Part shown: positions 1-8,550 of the stretch, piece by piece
Position numbering within the stretch: the stretch's first letter is position 1
Layout: each line of letters begins with the position of its first letter
From: a virus
Lineage: Duplodnaviria; Caudoviricetes
Virus record (IMG/VR): IMGVR_UViG_3300031949_001708
Coordinates: 1,936 to 65,935 of that record
DNA length: 64,000 bases
Reading direction: 5' to 3' (one strand)
Translations under genes and position numbers: made by a program
The notes under the pieces: model-generated
Databases searched by the model: none
Told to the model about the DNA's origin: nothing
What the model saw: only the letters and a program-made list of their open reading frames with translations

Positions 1-108
1 GCGCTGGCGGACTCGAGCCGGAACAACCGCCGCGCACCCGCGACGGCCAAAGACAAGCAGGAGCAGGACGAGGCGGCCGCGCGGCTGGCCCACACCTCCT
101 CTCCCTAG
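1..108 (+). CDS. 3' end of a CDS truncated by the window edge, unknown function
   Basis: Open frame from base 1 (ALADSSRNN...HTSSP) to TAG at 106-108. Confidence 0.4.
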   Translation, partial: ALADSSRNNRRAPATAKDKQEQDEAAARLAHTSSP

Positions 109-160
109 ACCGGCACGCCTTCCCCCTCCCTGCTCCACCTCCTTGGGGCGAGGGAAGGAC

Positions 161-230
161 GTCCCGGCCCGCGCCTCTCGACCTCGACCTCGGCGTAGCT
201 GGCGAGGACCCGAGGGGCGCGGGACGGGAC
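161..230. repeat. Long imperfect inverted repeat / hairpin in intergenic DNA
   Basis: GTCCCGGCCCGCGCCTCTCG (161-180) pairs with CGAGGGGCGCGGGACGGGAC (211-230), 18/20; inner CCTCG/CGAGG stem. Confidence 0.75.
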
Positions 231-493
231 GGAGGACGAGCACCGACACACTCCGTCCCACGGGGCGGGCCGGCAGATCAGCGCCCTTTAACGCGGGGTT
301 GGGGGGGCAAGGACGCCGGTCCGCCACACCCTTGCGACAGGGGAGGCGAATGCGCCACAATTGCGGTACGCTACGCCTGCGGCCACCAGGGGGACGAGCA
401 GCCGCTCATAACACAGCGGCTGCACGGCTTCTTCCTTCAACTGACGCTCGCCCGCCTCCACGGTGGGCCGTCCCCCTGGAGCCTCTCTCCTAG

Positions 494-898
494 ATGCCAC
501 CTCGCCGCGCCGCCCTTCTGCGCCGCGCCGCCCGCCGCTCCCTCACGACCGAGGAAGCGCGCCAACTCCTGCAGTCCGTCGAAGAGGAGGAGGCGTTCCT
601 TCAGCGCGTCCGAGCGTGGGCGCTTCTCAATGGCTGGTTGTGGTACCACACGCGCCGATCCGACGGCAGCGACGAAGGCTTCTATGACGTCGTGGCACTA
701 CACCGCGAGACGGGTCGCCTCCTCTTCTTCGAGCTCAAGACAGAAGAGGGGCAGCCCAGCCCCGAGCAGTACGAGTGGGGCGAGGCGCTCTGCCACGTCC
801 TGGAGGTCCTGGATCTCACGCCGTACGTTCTGGACTACCGCCTGTGGCGGCCGTCCGACTGGCCCGAGATCGAGAGGACGTTCCGTTGGAACCGCTGA
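494..898 (+). CDS. VRR-NUC / PD-(D/E)xK nuclease
   Basis: E..F...V, GFYD, FFELK, G..S.EQ..W motifs typical of phage VRR-NUC proteins. Confidence 0.75.
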   Translation: MPPRRAALLRRAARRSLTTEEARQLLQSVEEEEAFLQRVRAWALLNGWLWYHTRRSDGSDEGFYDVVALHRETGRLLFFELKTEEGQPSPEQYEWGEALCHVLEVLDLTPYVLDYRLWRPSDWPEIERTFRWNR

Positions 899-993
899 GT
901 CTTCGGAGTTGTGGGTGGGGCTGGGATTTTCATGCTTTCCAGAAAGCGCGAAAGTCGCGCGCCCAATCCGCCAGTAGTAGTGGTAAGAAGGGG

Positions 994-1167
994 TGTGAAT
1001 TCCGGGGATCTCGGGGGATAGGATTCTAGGCCAGTGTGAAGACCATGTGGATTGAGGGCCCGGAATTGTGGATAGTCTGCAGCGGAGGCGACAGGCGCAC
1101 GGGCGCGGGATTGAAAGGCTGCGAAGATTTGGCGCGCGGTGACGCGAAAGTATTCACACTATTCACA
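994..1167. promoter_or_regulatory. Cluster of DnaA-box-like 9-mers
   Basis: TGTGAATTC 994, TGTGAAGAC 1035, TGTGGATTG 1046, TGTGGATAG 1067; inverted tandem GTATTCACA 1150 and CTATTCACA 1159; lower-GC intergenic stretch. Confidence 0.55.
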
Positions 1168-1194
1168 CTGGGCTTTGCGCCAAAGGACGTGTAA

Positions 1195-1764
1195 ATGGCT
1201 CTCATCAGCTTCCGGAAACGGGTTCGTATCTACATAAGGGATGGGTGGGCCTGTCGCTATTGCCATAAAGTGATGGACTTGACCTCCGAGGAATTGACAC
1301 TAGATCACGCTGATCCTCAAGGCGGCAACGATGATTCCAATCTGGTTACATCCTGCCGAAGTTGCAATTCGCGGAAGGGGCACCGCACCGCTGAAGCCTA
1401 TGTGGCAGAGAAGGCGAACAACGCGATCCGGCTGGTGATTGCCGGGTCACCGGTGGTAATTGAGCCTGTCCGGCCCAGCCCCAAGGAGGTGATGCGAGCC
1501 GTCTCCGCACACTTGGGGGTTGCGCCACCAGCGATTTCTGGGCCGTCCCGCCTCCGTGCGCGAGTCTATGCGCGTCACGCCGTCATGTACCTCCTAAGGA
1601 ACGACGTCGGCCTTACCTTCACCATGATTGCGCGGTTACTTGGCAAGGCCGACCACTCGACGGTCGTTTATGCCTGTCAGAAGTTCGAGGACGATCTCAA
1701 GACCAGGCCCGCTGTTTGTGCCGACATCGGCGCTATCCGCACGGCTCTCAGGATGCCGGCCTGA
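1195..1764 (+). CDS. HNH endonuclease fused to DnaA C-terminal (domain IV) helix-turn-helix
   Basis: N-term RDGWACRYC..TLDH..NLVTSCRSCNSRKG; C-term SR..ARHAVMYLLR..IARLLGKADHSTVVYA matches DnaA domain IV signature. Confidence 0.8.
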   Translation: MALISFRKRVRIYIRDGWACRYCHKVMDLTSEELTLDHADPQGGNDDSNLVTSCRSCNSRKGHRTAEAYVAEKANNAIRLVIAGSPVVIEPVRPSPKEVMRAVSAHLGVAPPAISGPSRLRARVYARHAVMYLLRNDVGLTFTMIARLLGKADHSTVVYACQKFEDDLKTRPAVCADIGAIRTALRMPA

Positions 1765-1787
1765 CGGCCGGCGAGAAGGAGGAAGGA

Positions 1788-2942
1788 TTGGCTACCCCGC
1801 CGAAGACGAAGCGACACCGTGGGACTGAGGCGCCCATGTGCAAGCTCTGCAAGACGCGCCATGGGTTCGGCGAGCCTCATGATGTTGGCGACTCCTCGCT
1901 CGTGGCGCCCCCGAAGGAGACCATTGGCTCCCTGGCGACAATCAGCGAGGCCATCCGGATGCTTGCAGGGATGGAGTCCTTAGAGGACATCCGGCACATT
2001 CGGGACATCGCCGACACGGCGCGGGCCTACGCTCGCGCCAAGCGCCTGGGCATGGGCGCTCAGAACCACGCCGGCAAGATCGCGGTGGAGGCCTGGATTC
2101 GCCAGGGCGAGGTTCTGGAGGAGATGGACCGCAAGCACCTGCGGGCCAAGCCGGGAGACGCCGGCGGGAAACCGCCGATTGATGGTTCCAAACGTGAACC
2201 ATCAATGCCCACGCTCGTCGACCTGGACACGACGAAAGCCGAGGCGGCCAAGGCTCAGGCCCTGGCGGCTCAAGCGCCGGCCGTGCGCGCCTGGTATGCC
2301 GAGGCACCGCTTGTGACGCCGGCCTACGCGGCTCGTGTGGCCTTGAAAGCGAGATATCGCGCGGAGGCTGCCACGGCCCCGCCGCTTCCGGCAGGCACAT
2401 TCGATGTGATCATGGCTGATCCGCCCTGGGAATACGCCAACAGCGGGGGCCTTCCGGGCCAGGCAGCGAACCACTACTCGACGATGACGAACGAAGAGAT
2501 CGCGGCTTTGGCGCTGCCCACGGCGGAGAACGCGGTGCTCTTTCTCTGGGTAACGAACCCGCTGCTGGCCGAAGGCCTTGAGCTGGCCCGGCGCTGGGGC
2601 TTTGAGTACAAGACCAACATCGTCTGGATTAAGCGCAACCTGCAGCGCCCCGGTGTTGGGTTCTACGTTCGGGGGCGCCACGAGTTGCTGTTTATCTGCA
2701 CCAAGGGTTCAATGGTGCCGGATCAGGAAGGGCGGTCACCCATCGGGTCGGTCGTCGAAGCCGATATCCGCAAGCACAGCGAGAAACCAGACGAGGTTTA
2801 CGTCTTGATCGAGGCGTTGTATCCAGGAGGTCGATATCTTGAACTCTTCGCTCGCCGAAACCGACCGGGCTGGACGACGTGGGGAGCGAATAGCGCTCCG
2901 GTGCTGGCCGAAACTGCGGCTGTCGACGCGAGCGGGGAATGA
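1788..2942 (+). CDS. MT-A70 family N6-adenine DNA methyltransferase with N-terminal extension
   Basis: DPPW, HYSTM, LFLW, WGFEYK, HSEKP, LELFAR motifs; TTG start at 1788 behind GGAGG. Confidence 0.9.
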   Translation: MATPPKTKRHRGTEAPMCKLCKTRHGFGEPHDVGDSSLVAPPKETIGSLATISEAIRMLAGMESLEDIRHIRDIADTARAYARAKRLGMGAQNHAGKIAVEAWIRQGEVLEEMDRKHLRAKPGDAGGKPPIDGSKREPSMPTLVDLDTTKAEAAKAQALAAQAPAVRAWYAEAPLVTPAYAARVALKARYRAEAATAPPLPAGTFDVIMADPPWEYANSGGLPGQAANHYSTMTNEEIAALALPTAENAVLFLWVTNPLLAEGLELARRWGFEYKTNIVWIKRNLQRPGVGFYVRGRHELLFICTKGSMVPDQEGRSPIGSVVEADIRKHSEKPDEVYVLIEALYPGGRYLELFARRNRPGWTTWGANSAPVLAETAAVDASGE

Positions 2943-3318
2943 CGACCGCCTCGGCGTGGATGGCTGGCTCGAATCCTGGAGTGTTCAGATCAAATATGAC
3001 CAGACCGCTTCGCCCCAGGGCAACGTCTATCACGAGCTTTACGAGAAGACACGCGGCCAAAACGATCAGCCCTGGCGCGCGTCAGCGCACGCCGCGGACG
3101 CTTATATCTTCACGTCCGAGTCGTTCGCCCTCTTGATCCCGGTCTGGCTACTCGCGGAGATGGAGATCGGCCTCAAGCTTTCCCAGATCAGGCCGACGTC
3201 TATCGGCCTGCTGATTCCCTTCGCGCGCTTTGTCGGCCGCGATGGCGTGGAGATCAAATATGCTCGGGCTTTCCCCGTGGGAACCGCGGCGATTGAGCAG
3301 GAGGGACGTGATGGCTGA
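2839..3318 (+). CDS. Hypothetical protein, possibly restriction-endonuclease-like fold; start uncertain
   Basis: DD..GVD..VQIKYD..GN.Y.E pattern resembles PD-(D/E)xK phage proteins. Confidence 0.4.
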   Translation: MNSSLAETDRAGRRGERIALRCWPKLRLSTRAGNDDRLGVDGWLESWSVQIKYDQTASPQGNVYHELYEKTRGQNDQPWRASAHAADAYIFTSESFALLIPVWLLAEMEIGLKLSQIRPTSIGLLIPFARFVGRDGVEIKYARAFPVGTAAIEQEGRDG

Positions 3319-3514
3319 TGAGGAGCACCCGGACGAGCCCGAGCCCGAGCCCGAGTGGACGCCGCAGCCGCGGGCCGGTCCTCGCGCCGAAACCCCGCGC
3401 TGCGCCCGGTGCCGCACGGCCATGAGCATCATCCGGGTCTCGGACGTTTGTGGGCGCTGCCAGCTCGACGACCTTCGTGAGTCCCGCTACCTGCCGGGCA
3501 CGCGGAAGCGGTGA
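3311..3514 (+). CDS. Small Zn-finger hypothetical protein
   Basis: CxxC...CxxC; overlaps neighbours in operon fashion. Confidence 0.55.
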   Translation: MADEEHPDEPEPEPEWTPQPRAGPRAETPRCARCRTAMSIIRVSDVCGRCQLDDLRESRYLPGTRKR

Positions 3515-3729
3515 TGGCGGCCCGCGGGAGGAAGCCGAAGCCGCTGCCACCCTACGAGGTTCGGGAGCTCGCGGACGCAACGTGGCCCTGCATTGAGATC
3601 GGGCGCCCGGGCTTCTCCCCCATCGTCGTGTTGCCGCTCCCGGCCTTCGCTCCGGCCCGCGAGGACGTCCTGCCGGCGCGCCGCGAGCTGGCCCACCGGA
3701 TCGTCGAGCTGCTTAACGATAAGGCCTGA
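3514..3729 (+). CDS. Hypothetical protein
   Basis: Start overlaps upstream stop. Confidence 0.5.
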   Translation: MAARGRKPKPLPPYEVRELADATWPCIEIGRPGFSPIVVLPLPAFAPAREDVLPARRELAHRIVELLNDKA

Positions 3730-3779
3730 CGCTCAAGGGGCTGGTGAATTAACCTCGCCTTTGGCATAATTAACTCGTT

Positions 3780-3956
3780 ATGAACACCACGCCCGTCCAG
3801 GAGAAGGTGCGGCCACAGTGCCGAGCCTGCGGCTCCTACGCGATCGTGCCGGTGAACCAGGGGCCGTTCGAGCCGCCGGGCCACGTCTGCGCGACCTGCG
3901 GCTTCGGCCGCCAGTTCCTGCGACCGCGCCCCCGGCCGTCTCGCCGTCGCCGCTAG
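3780..3956 (+). CDS. 58-aa Zn-ribbon protein (below ORF-track cutoff)
   Basis: MNTTPVQEKVRPQCRACGS...HVCATCGFGRQF...; AT-rich promoter-like DNA upstream. Confidence 0.55.
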   Translation: MNTTPVQEKVRPQCRACGSYAIVPVNQGPFEPPGHVCATCGFGRQFLRPRPRPSRRRR

Positions 3957-3999
3957 AGTTTGTTGACACGTCGCGGACGGATCGCCTACAGTCTGGCCC

Positions 4000-4758
4000 A
4001 TGCCCGCCGGCACGGCTCGCGGGCCACGCCCTTCGGAGCGGGGTCGGCGACCGACCACACGGACATGGGGCGCAATTGCCCTCGGGTTGTTGGTCAGCCT
4101 CTTCCTCGTCCTCTGGCTTTCGCAGGGCTTAGCCATTGATCCCGATCCTCGCCCTCCTGCTGATGTTTGGCCCGACGCTCCTGTGGCTGCTGATCTCAGT
4201 CTGGCGCTCCGGCTCTTCGAGGCAGGAGAAGATCCGGGCGGGCTTGAGGATGCGGGACGTCACGCCCCTCCTCGCGAGCCTCCGGCAGCCGACGATCCCG
4301 TCCCTGGACCTCCGGATGCCCCGCCGTCGGGAGGGCCGGAGCCGCCTCTCGTCGCGTTACTCCGAGAGACACGGCTAGGCCCACTCCAACCGGACGGCTC
4401 GCGCCAGGGCGTGGCGCCGCCCGGCTGCCCCCCCTCTCCCTATGATCCCATGCTGGTGGAACTGATCTGCCGCGCCTGGCCCGAGCAGATGGCGAAGGCC
4501 GTGGCGGTCGCGACGTGTGAGTCCGACCTTGGGCGCCACCCCGACACGTACCGCGTCGACAAACCGCACGGCGGGCCGTTCCAACTCGCGCGCGTCTGGG
4601 GCGCGGACGGCGACGGCTGGGAGCGGTACTTCTGGCAGAAGTACGGCTGGACCTGGGAACAGGTCGTGGCGGACGTCATCATCCACGTTGCGGCGGCGCG
4701 CGAGGTGTACGACCGGGCAGGATCGTGGTTGCCCTGGCCGTGGTGCGGCCTCGATTAA
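4000..4758 (+). CDS. Membrane-anchored lytic transglycosylase (SLT/lysozyme-like); true start may be later
   Basis: N-terminal hydrophobic helix, Pro-rich linker, CES...GPFQ...AA..VY...W.PW.C lysozyme-like motifs. Confidence 0.65.
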   Translation: MPAGTARGPRPSERGRRPTTRTWGAIALGLLVSLFLVLWLSQGLAIDPDPRPPADVWPDAPVAADLSLALRLFEAGEDPGGLEDAGRHAPPREPPAADDPVPGPPDAPPSGGPEPPLVALLRETRLGPLQPDGSRQGVAPPGCPPSPYDPMLVELICRAWPEQMAKAVAVATCESDLGRHPDTYRVDKPHGGPFQLARVWGADGDGWERYFWQKYGWTWEQVVADVIIHVAAAREVYDRAGSWLPWPWCGLD

Positions 4759-4811
4759 GGCTGGACATCCCGGTCGCTCCTACGCTAGACTCCGCTCGAA
4801 GGAAGAGGCGG

Positions 4812-5351
4812 ATGTCCAAGAGCGAGCAAGCTACCTGCAGGAGCTGTGGTCGGGCCATCGAAGAGTGGCGGAATGTCCATGGTTACTCAGGCTATCAAGT
4901 CTCTTCGCATGGTCGGATTCGCGGGCCGCGCGCCGTCCTGAAACCGTGGCCACTCAAGGGTGGGTATCCGGCGGTTGCGCTTTATAGGGGTGGCCGAAGG
5001 ACCTCAGTTCTTGTGCATGCTATCGTCGCGCGGGCTTTCTTGTCACCTCGCCCGAATGGTCTCCAGGTCAACCACGCTGATGGTGATAAGGATCACAATG
5101 CTGCTCACAATCTTGAATGGATGACGCCTTCCGCAAATCGCAAACACGCGTACGCGCTCGGCCTCCAGCGCCCCACCATCGTCTATGGCGTGGGTCACCC
5201 TAACGCGAAGCTTGATGAGGCTAAGGTCCGGGAGATTCGCCGGCGCGCAGCCGAAGGAGAGTCCACACGTCAGCTAGGCCGGGCATTTGGCATCAATTAT
5301 GGCCTCGTCGGTTACGTCATTCGGAGGGAACGATGGGCCCATGTCGAATAG
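4812..5351 (+). CDS. NUMOD4-HNH homing endonuclease
   Basis: EEW..V.GY..YQVSSHGRI, VH..VA.AF, VNH.DGDK..N...NLEW, C-terminal HTH; lower GC. Confidence 0.9.
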   Translation: MSKSEQATCRSCGRAIEEWRNVHGYSGYQVSSHGRIRGPRAVLKPWPLKGGYPAVALYRGGRRTSVLVHAIVARAFLSPRPNGLQVNHADGDKDHNAAHNLEWMTPSANRKHAYALGLQRPTIVYGVGHPNAKLDEAKVREIRRRAAEGESTRQLGRAFGINYGLVGYVIRRERWAHVE

Positions 5352-5610
5352 GAAGGAGGCTCGTTGCTCTGCCTGCCAGCGCGCTGTCATCTGGACCATC
5401 TCTCCGGCCGGCGCACGTCTCCCGCTGGATGCCCGGCCGATCATGGTCTACGCGATCGACTACACGGCCGACGGACCGCGGGCCGTGAGGGCGACGTCCG
5501 TCTACTCGGCCGAGGCGGCCGTCGAGCTGCTCGGCCCACTGTATATCAGCCACTTTCTCACGTGTCCGAGCGCTCGGGACTTTTCCGGCGGGAAGAAGAG
5601 GGCAGACTGA
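5341..5610 (+). CDS. Small Zn-binding phage protein
   Basis: CxxC near N-term, HFLTCP near C-term. Confidence 0.6.
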   Translation: MSNRKEARCSACQRAVIWTISPAGARLPLDARPIMVYAIDYTADGPRAVRATSVYSAEAAVELLGPLYISHFLTCPSARDFSGGKKRAD

Positions 5611-5867
5611 TGGACCTTCAGCGCGTGAAGTCCAGCAACATCGAAGCCGTCGGGCACGAGGGCGAGATGCTCGTCGTGCGGTTCCGCGGCGGCGCGACGT
5701 ACGAGTACGAGGCCGTTCCGGCGGCCGTGGCGGACGAACTCCTGCGCTCCAAGTCCGTCGGCTCGGCCTTCGACCGGCTCGTGCGGAAGGCGAGCTATAA
5801 GTACCGGAAGGTGCCGCCGGAAGAGGCGAAGGGTCACGCCATCATTGTGGAGCCGGAGCCGTCGTGA
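5610..5867 (+). CDS. KTSC domain protein
   Basis: VKSSNIEAVGH..L.VRF..G..YEY..VP......L..S.SVG..F. Confidence 0.85.
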   Translation: MDLQRVKSSNIEAVGHEGEMLVVRFRGGATYEYEAVPAAVADELLRSKSVGSAFDRLVRKASYKYRKVPPEEAKGHAIIVEPEPS

Positions 5868-6100
5868 TGGCGGCCGACGGGGAATGGCGCGGCGTGTTGG
5901 CCGCGCAGGACGTGGGCCTGAAGCGGCTACGCGACGCGCACACCGCCCTGGCGCTCCACCTCGAACAGCATGCCGCCGGTCTGGCGGACGGCTGCCATCC
6001 GGCCGGCGTCGGTCCCGGTTGCCACGAGCTCCGGGGCGCGATTCGCGAGGCAGTCGGGGCGCTGCGTGCCGTCGGTGAATTCGTCGCGGGAGGATGGTGA
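5864..6100 (+). CDS. Hypothetical protein
   Basis: Translationally coupled ORF. Confidence 0.5.
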   Translation: MMAADGEWRGVLAAQDVGLKRLRDAHTALALHLEQHAAGLADGCHPAGVGPGCHELRGAIREAVGALRAVGEFVAGGW

Positions 6101-6690
6101 TGGCGGCGGATCTGCAGGCGCTGCTCGAGTGCGCGGAGGCGAATCTGCGTCGCGACGGTCGCCTGGAGCCCATCGTCATAATCGAGGGCCGGGACACGAC
6201 CGCCATCCTGGACATCGGGCCGTTTTGGGGGCCGACAGCACGCCAGCGCCGCGTCCTGCTCTACCGCCTCGGCATGCTGCTGGGCTTCGGGCTTGACGCC
6301 TCCCGCACGATTGCCGTTTTCGATGGGTATCACCGCGTCGATCCGGGCGACGTCATGCGGGCCCTGCCGGCGTCCGGCTCGCTGGAGGACGACCCCAACG
6401 CGCGGGACGCGATCTTCGTTGTGGAGATGAAGCCGGAGGGCGGTCGCGTCCTCGTGGAGCCGTACGACAAGATCGTCAATCTGGACGCCACGACCTTCGT
6501 GTTCGAGCCCGCCTTCGGTGGCGACGGCTTTAGCACCGGCACGTTCGGAGAGTTCTGGCGCGGACTGCGGGAGATCGAGGGCGTGATGCGGCTGGGGGCG
6601 GAGGCGCATGGCGAGACGCTCGAGCGGGCACGCGAGATCGTGGCGGGCCAGTTCCCCCGCTTCTTCCCCGGCGTGGTCCGGAGGATCTGA
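6094..6690 (+). CDS. Hypothetical protein
   Basis: 198-aa coupled ORF, typical codon bias. Confidence 0.6.
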   Translation: MVMAADLQALLECAEANLRRDGRLEPIVIIEGRDTTAILDIGPFWGPTARQRRVLLYRLGMLLGFGLDASRTIAVFDGYHRVDPGDVMRALPASGSLEDDPNARDAIFVVEMKPEGGRVLVEPYDKIVNLDATTFVFEPAFGGDGFSTGTFGEFWRGLREIEGVMRLGAEAHGETLERAREIVAGQFPRFFPGVVRRI

Positions 6691-7115
6691 TGGAGGACCT
6701 CAAGGCTTGGCTGGAGGCTGGCGAGGTGCTGTGCGAGGAGTGCGGCACCGGGATGGCGGAGATCCTTCACTATCCGGGCTGCCCGAAGGCGTCGGCCGCG
6801 CTGGCCGCGCAGGAGGCGGCCCTGGCGGAAGCCGGATGGGTCGCGTTGCCCAATGACGACATCTCTCGCGATCTGCAGGCCCAGGGCTTCATCGACTACC
6901 GCTGGTTCGCCTCCTCGCCTTTCGCCGTCCTGGCGCTGGCAAAGCGGGGGAGCCGCCGCGACGATTGGGGCGCCTACATCGCGGGTGTGCCCGCGGGCGC
7001 GGACCTGGACCACGCGATCCTCCTCGTCTGGGGCTCGGCGGCAAAGCTCTCGGAGCGCCAGGCGGCCGTCCTGTTTCCGAACGTCGTGGCGTTCGGGCTG
7101 ATCTATCGGCAGTGA
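6690..7115 (+). CDS. Hypothetical protein
   Basis: TGATG coupling; CxxC. Confidence 0.55.
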   Translation: MEDLKAWLEAGEVLCEECGTGMAEILHYPGCPKASAALAAQEAALAEAGWVALPNDDISRDLQAQGFIDYRWFASSPFAVLALAKRGSRRDDWGAYIAGVPAGADLDHAILLVWGSAAKLSERQAAVLFPNVVAFGLIYRQ

Positions 7116-7171
7116 AACGTTCGCCTCCTCCGCGCCGTTCAGGTTAGCGGCGAGCTGCCGATACTACAGAT

Positions 7172-7258
7172 GAGGAAGGCAAGAGGGATAAAGCCCCTCG
7201 CAAGGCCCAACGTCCTAACGGGAAACCTTGCAAGCCTTCCTCTACTCCAGGCGAAAGC
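7172..7258 (+). ncRNA. Candidate structured RNA (three-way junction), family unassigned
   Basis: GAGGAAGGC 7172-7180 / GCCTTCCTC 7234-7242; GAGGG/CCCTC hairpin; GCAAGG/CCTTGC; GAAA loops; intergenic, lower GC. Confidence 0.35.
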
Positions 7259-7267
7259 GAGGCGCGG

Positions 7268-7525
7268 ATGATCCGGGACGAAGCGGTAGAAGCGGCGATT
7301 GACGAGGGGCGCGCCTTCATCCTCGAAGCCGAGCTGGCGGCCAACGCCGCCGTGCAGGAGGACAAGGATCGGCAGCGCCTGACCGTCTGGCTGACGTTCG
7401 CGCGACACAACTTGCGGAAAGCCGAGCGGGCCCGGAAGGACGTGTGGCGCGCGAGCGCGCTCGAGGACGTCAAGACCTACACCGACAGCGTGAAGCATCT
7501 CGTCGCCTTGCGGGCGGCTCCGTGA
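7268..7525 (+). CDS. Hypothetical protein
   Basis: ORF with typical codon bias. Confidence 0.55.
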   Translation: MIRDEAVEAAIDEGRAFILEAELAANAAVQEDKDRQRLTVWLTFARHNLRKAERARKDVWRASALEDVKTYTDSVKHLVALRAAP

Positions 7526-7764
7526 CGCACGTCTGCGACGCGCGCTGCTTCCTGCCGCCGGACGCGACGCCGGCGGAGCGGCGGGAGCACGAGACGTTCG
7601 CCGAGGCGTGGGATCGGGATGAAGCTGCGTGGCACGGGCGGGACAAGGACGAGCGAGCGCGGCGCCTAGCTGCCGCCTTGCCGCGCGTGCTGGCCCAGAT
7701 GGCGGGCCGCCCGGGCTCGGCCTTCATCCAGGACGTCGAGGACCGGCCCTGGTGGCGGTCGTGA
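7522..7764 (+). CDS. Hypothetical protein
   Basis: GTGA overlap with upstream stop; its stop abuts array 1. Confidence 0.5.
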   Translation: MTHVCDARCFLPPDATPAERREHETFAEAWDRDEAAWHGRDKDERARRLAAALPRVLAQMAGRPGSAFIQDVEDRPWWRS

Positions 7765-8240
7765 GCGAGCGGTTAGGCGATGGAGAACGGTTGGGGACTG
7801 GCGAGCGGGCAAGCTCTAGAGAACCGAAGGCCTGTGGCGAGCGGCCTGGAACTGGAGAACGGGAGAAGGCTGGCGAGCGGCAAGTCGATGAAGAATGGGC
7901 AGGCCATGGCGAGCGGAGAGCTGCTGGAGAACGGTGGGGACGTGGCGGGCGGTCAAGCAATGGAGAACGGACACTCAGTGGCGGGCGGCGGGCCTCTGGA
8001 GAATGGGTGTTGTATGGCGAGCGGAGAGCGGATCGGGAACCATAAGAAACTGGCGAGCGGCAAGCCGTCGGGGAACGGTTGACAACTGGCGAGCGGTACT
8101 CGGCTGGAGAACGGGGTAGAGCTGGCGAGTGGAGGCGGGATGAAGACAGGAACGAGAATGGCGAGCGGATCAGGAGTGGAGGCCGGCGAAAAGGTGGCGA
8201 GCGGTCCGTCGATGTAGAACGGTTGAGGGATGGCGAGCGC
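7763..8240 (+). ncRNA. TIGR-like dual-repeat array 1 (13 x 36 nt)
   Basis: Alternating TGGCGAGCGG and TGGAGAACGG separated by variable 8-mers, strict 18-nt spacing. Confidence 0.9.
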
Positions 8241-8298
8241 AAGACTTGACTTCGTGCTCGGCCTGAGTGAGTGATGTCGAAACGGAAGGAGGTGGCGA

Positions 8299-8550
8299 AT
8301 GGCCATCACGGATCGGGACCTGTCGGAAGGGACGCGCCTCGTGGCGCGCTACAAGAAGCAGACGTTCGTCTGCACGGTTGAGAAGGAGGCGATCGGCGGG
8401 AAGCTGGCGTTTGTCCTGGAGGACGGGCGGCGCTTCAAGAGCCCGTCGGCGGCCGGGTCGGCCGTCATGGGGAACATCGCGTGCAACGGCTGGCGCTTCT
8501 GGTCGGTCGAGGGCGAGGCGCCTGCGGCCGGGCCCGGGGCGGAGGCGTGA
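8299..8550 (+). CDS. RAMA/DUF4357-like small DNA-binding domain protein between arrays
   Basis: L.A.YK...G..FKSPSAAG..V.G...NGW.FW motif; GGAGGTGG RBS. Confidence 0.7.
   Translation: MAITDRDLSEGTRLVARYKKQTFVCTVEKEAIGGKLAFVLEDGRRFKSPSAAGSAVMGNIACNGWRFWSVEGEAPAAGPGAEA

Noticed and set aside
7116-7260. Hammerhead or HDV-like ribozyme
   Set aside because: CAGAUGAG is not CUGAUGA and no GAAA follows the stem; the UCCUC loop lacks a valid P3/P1 pairing
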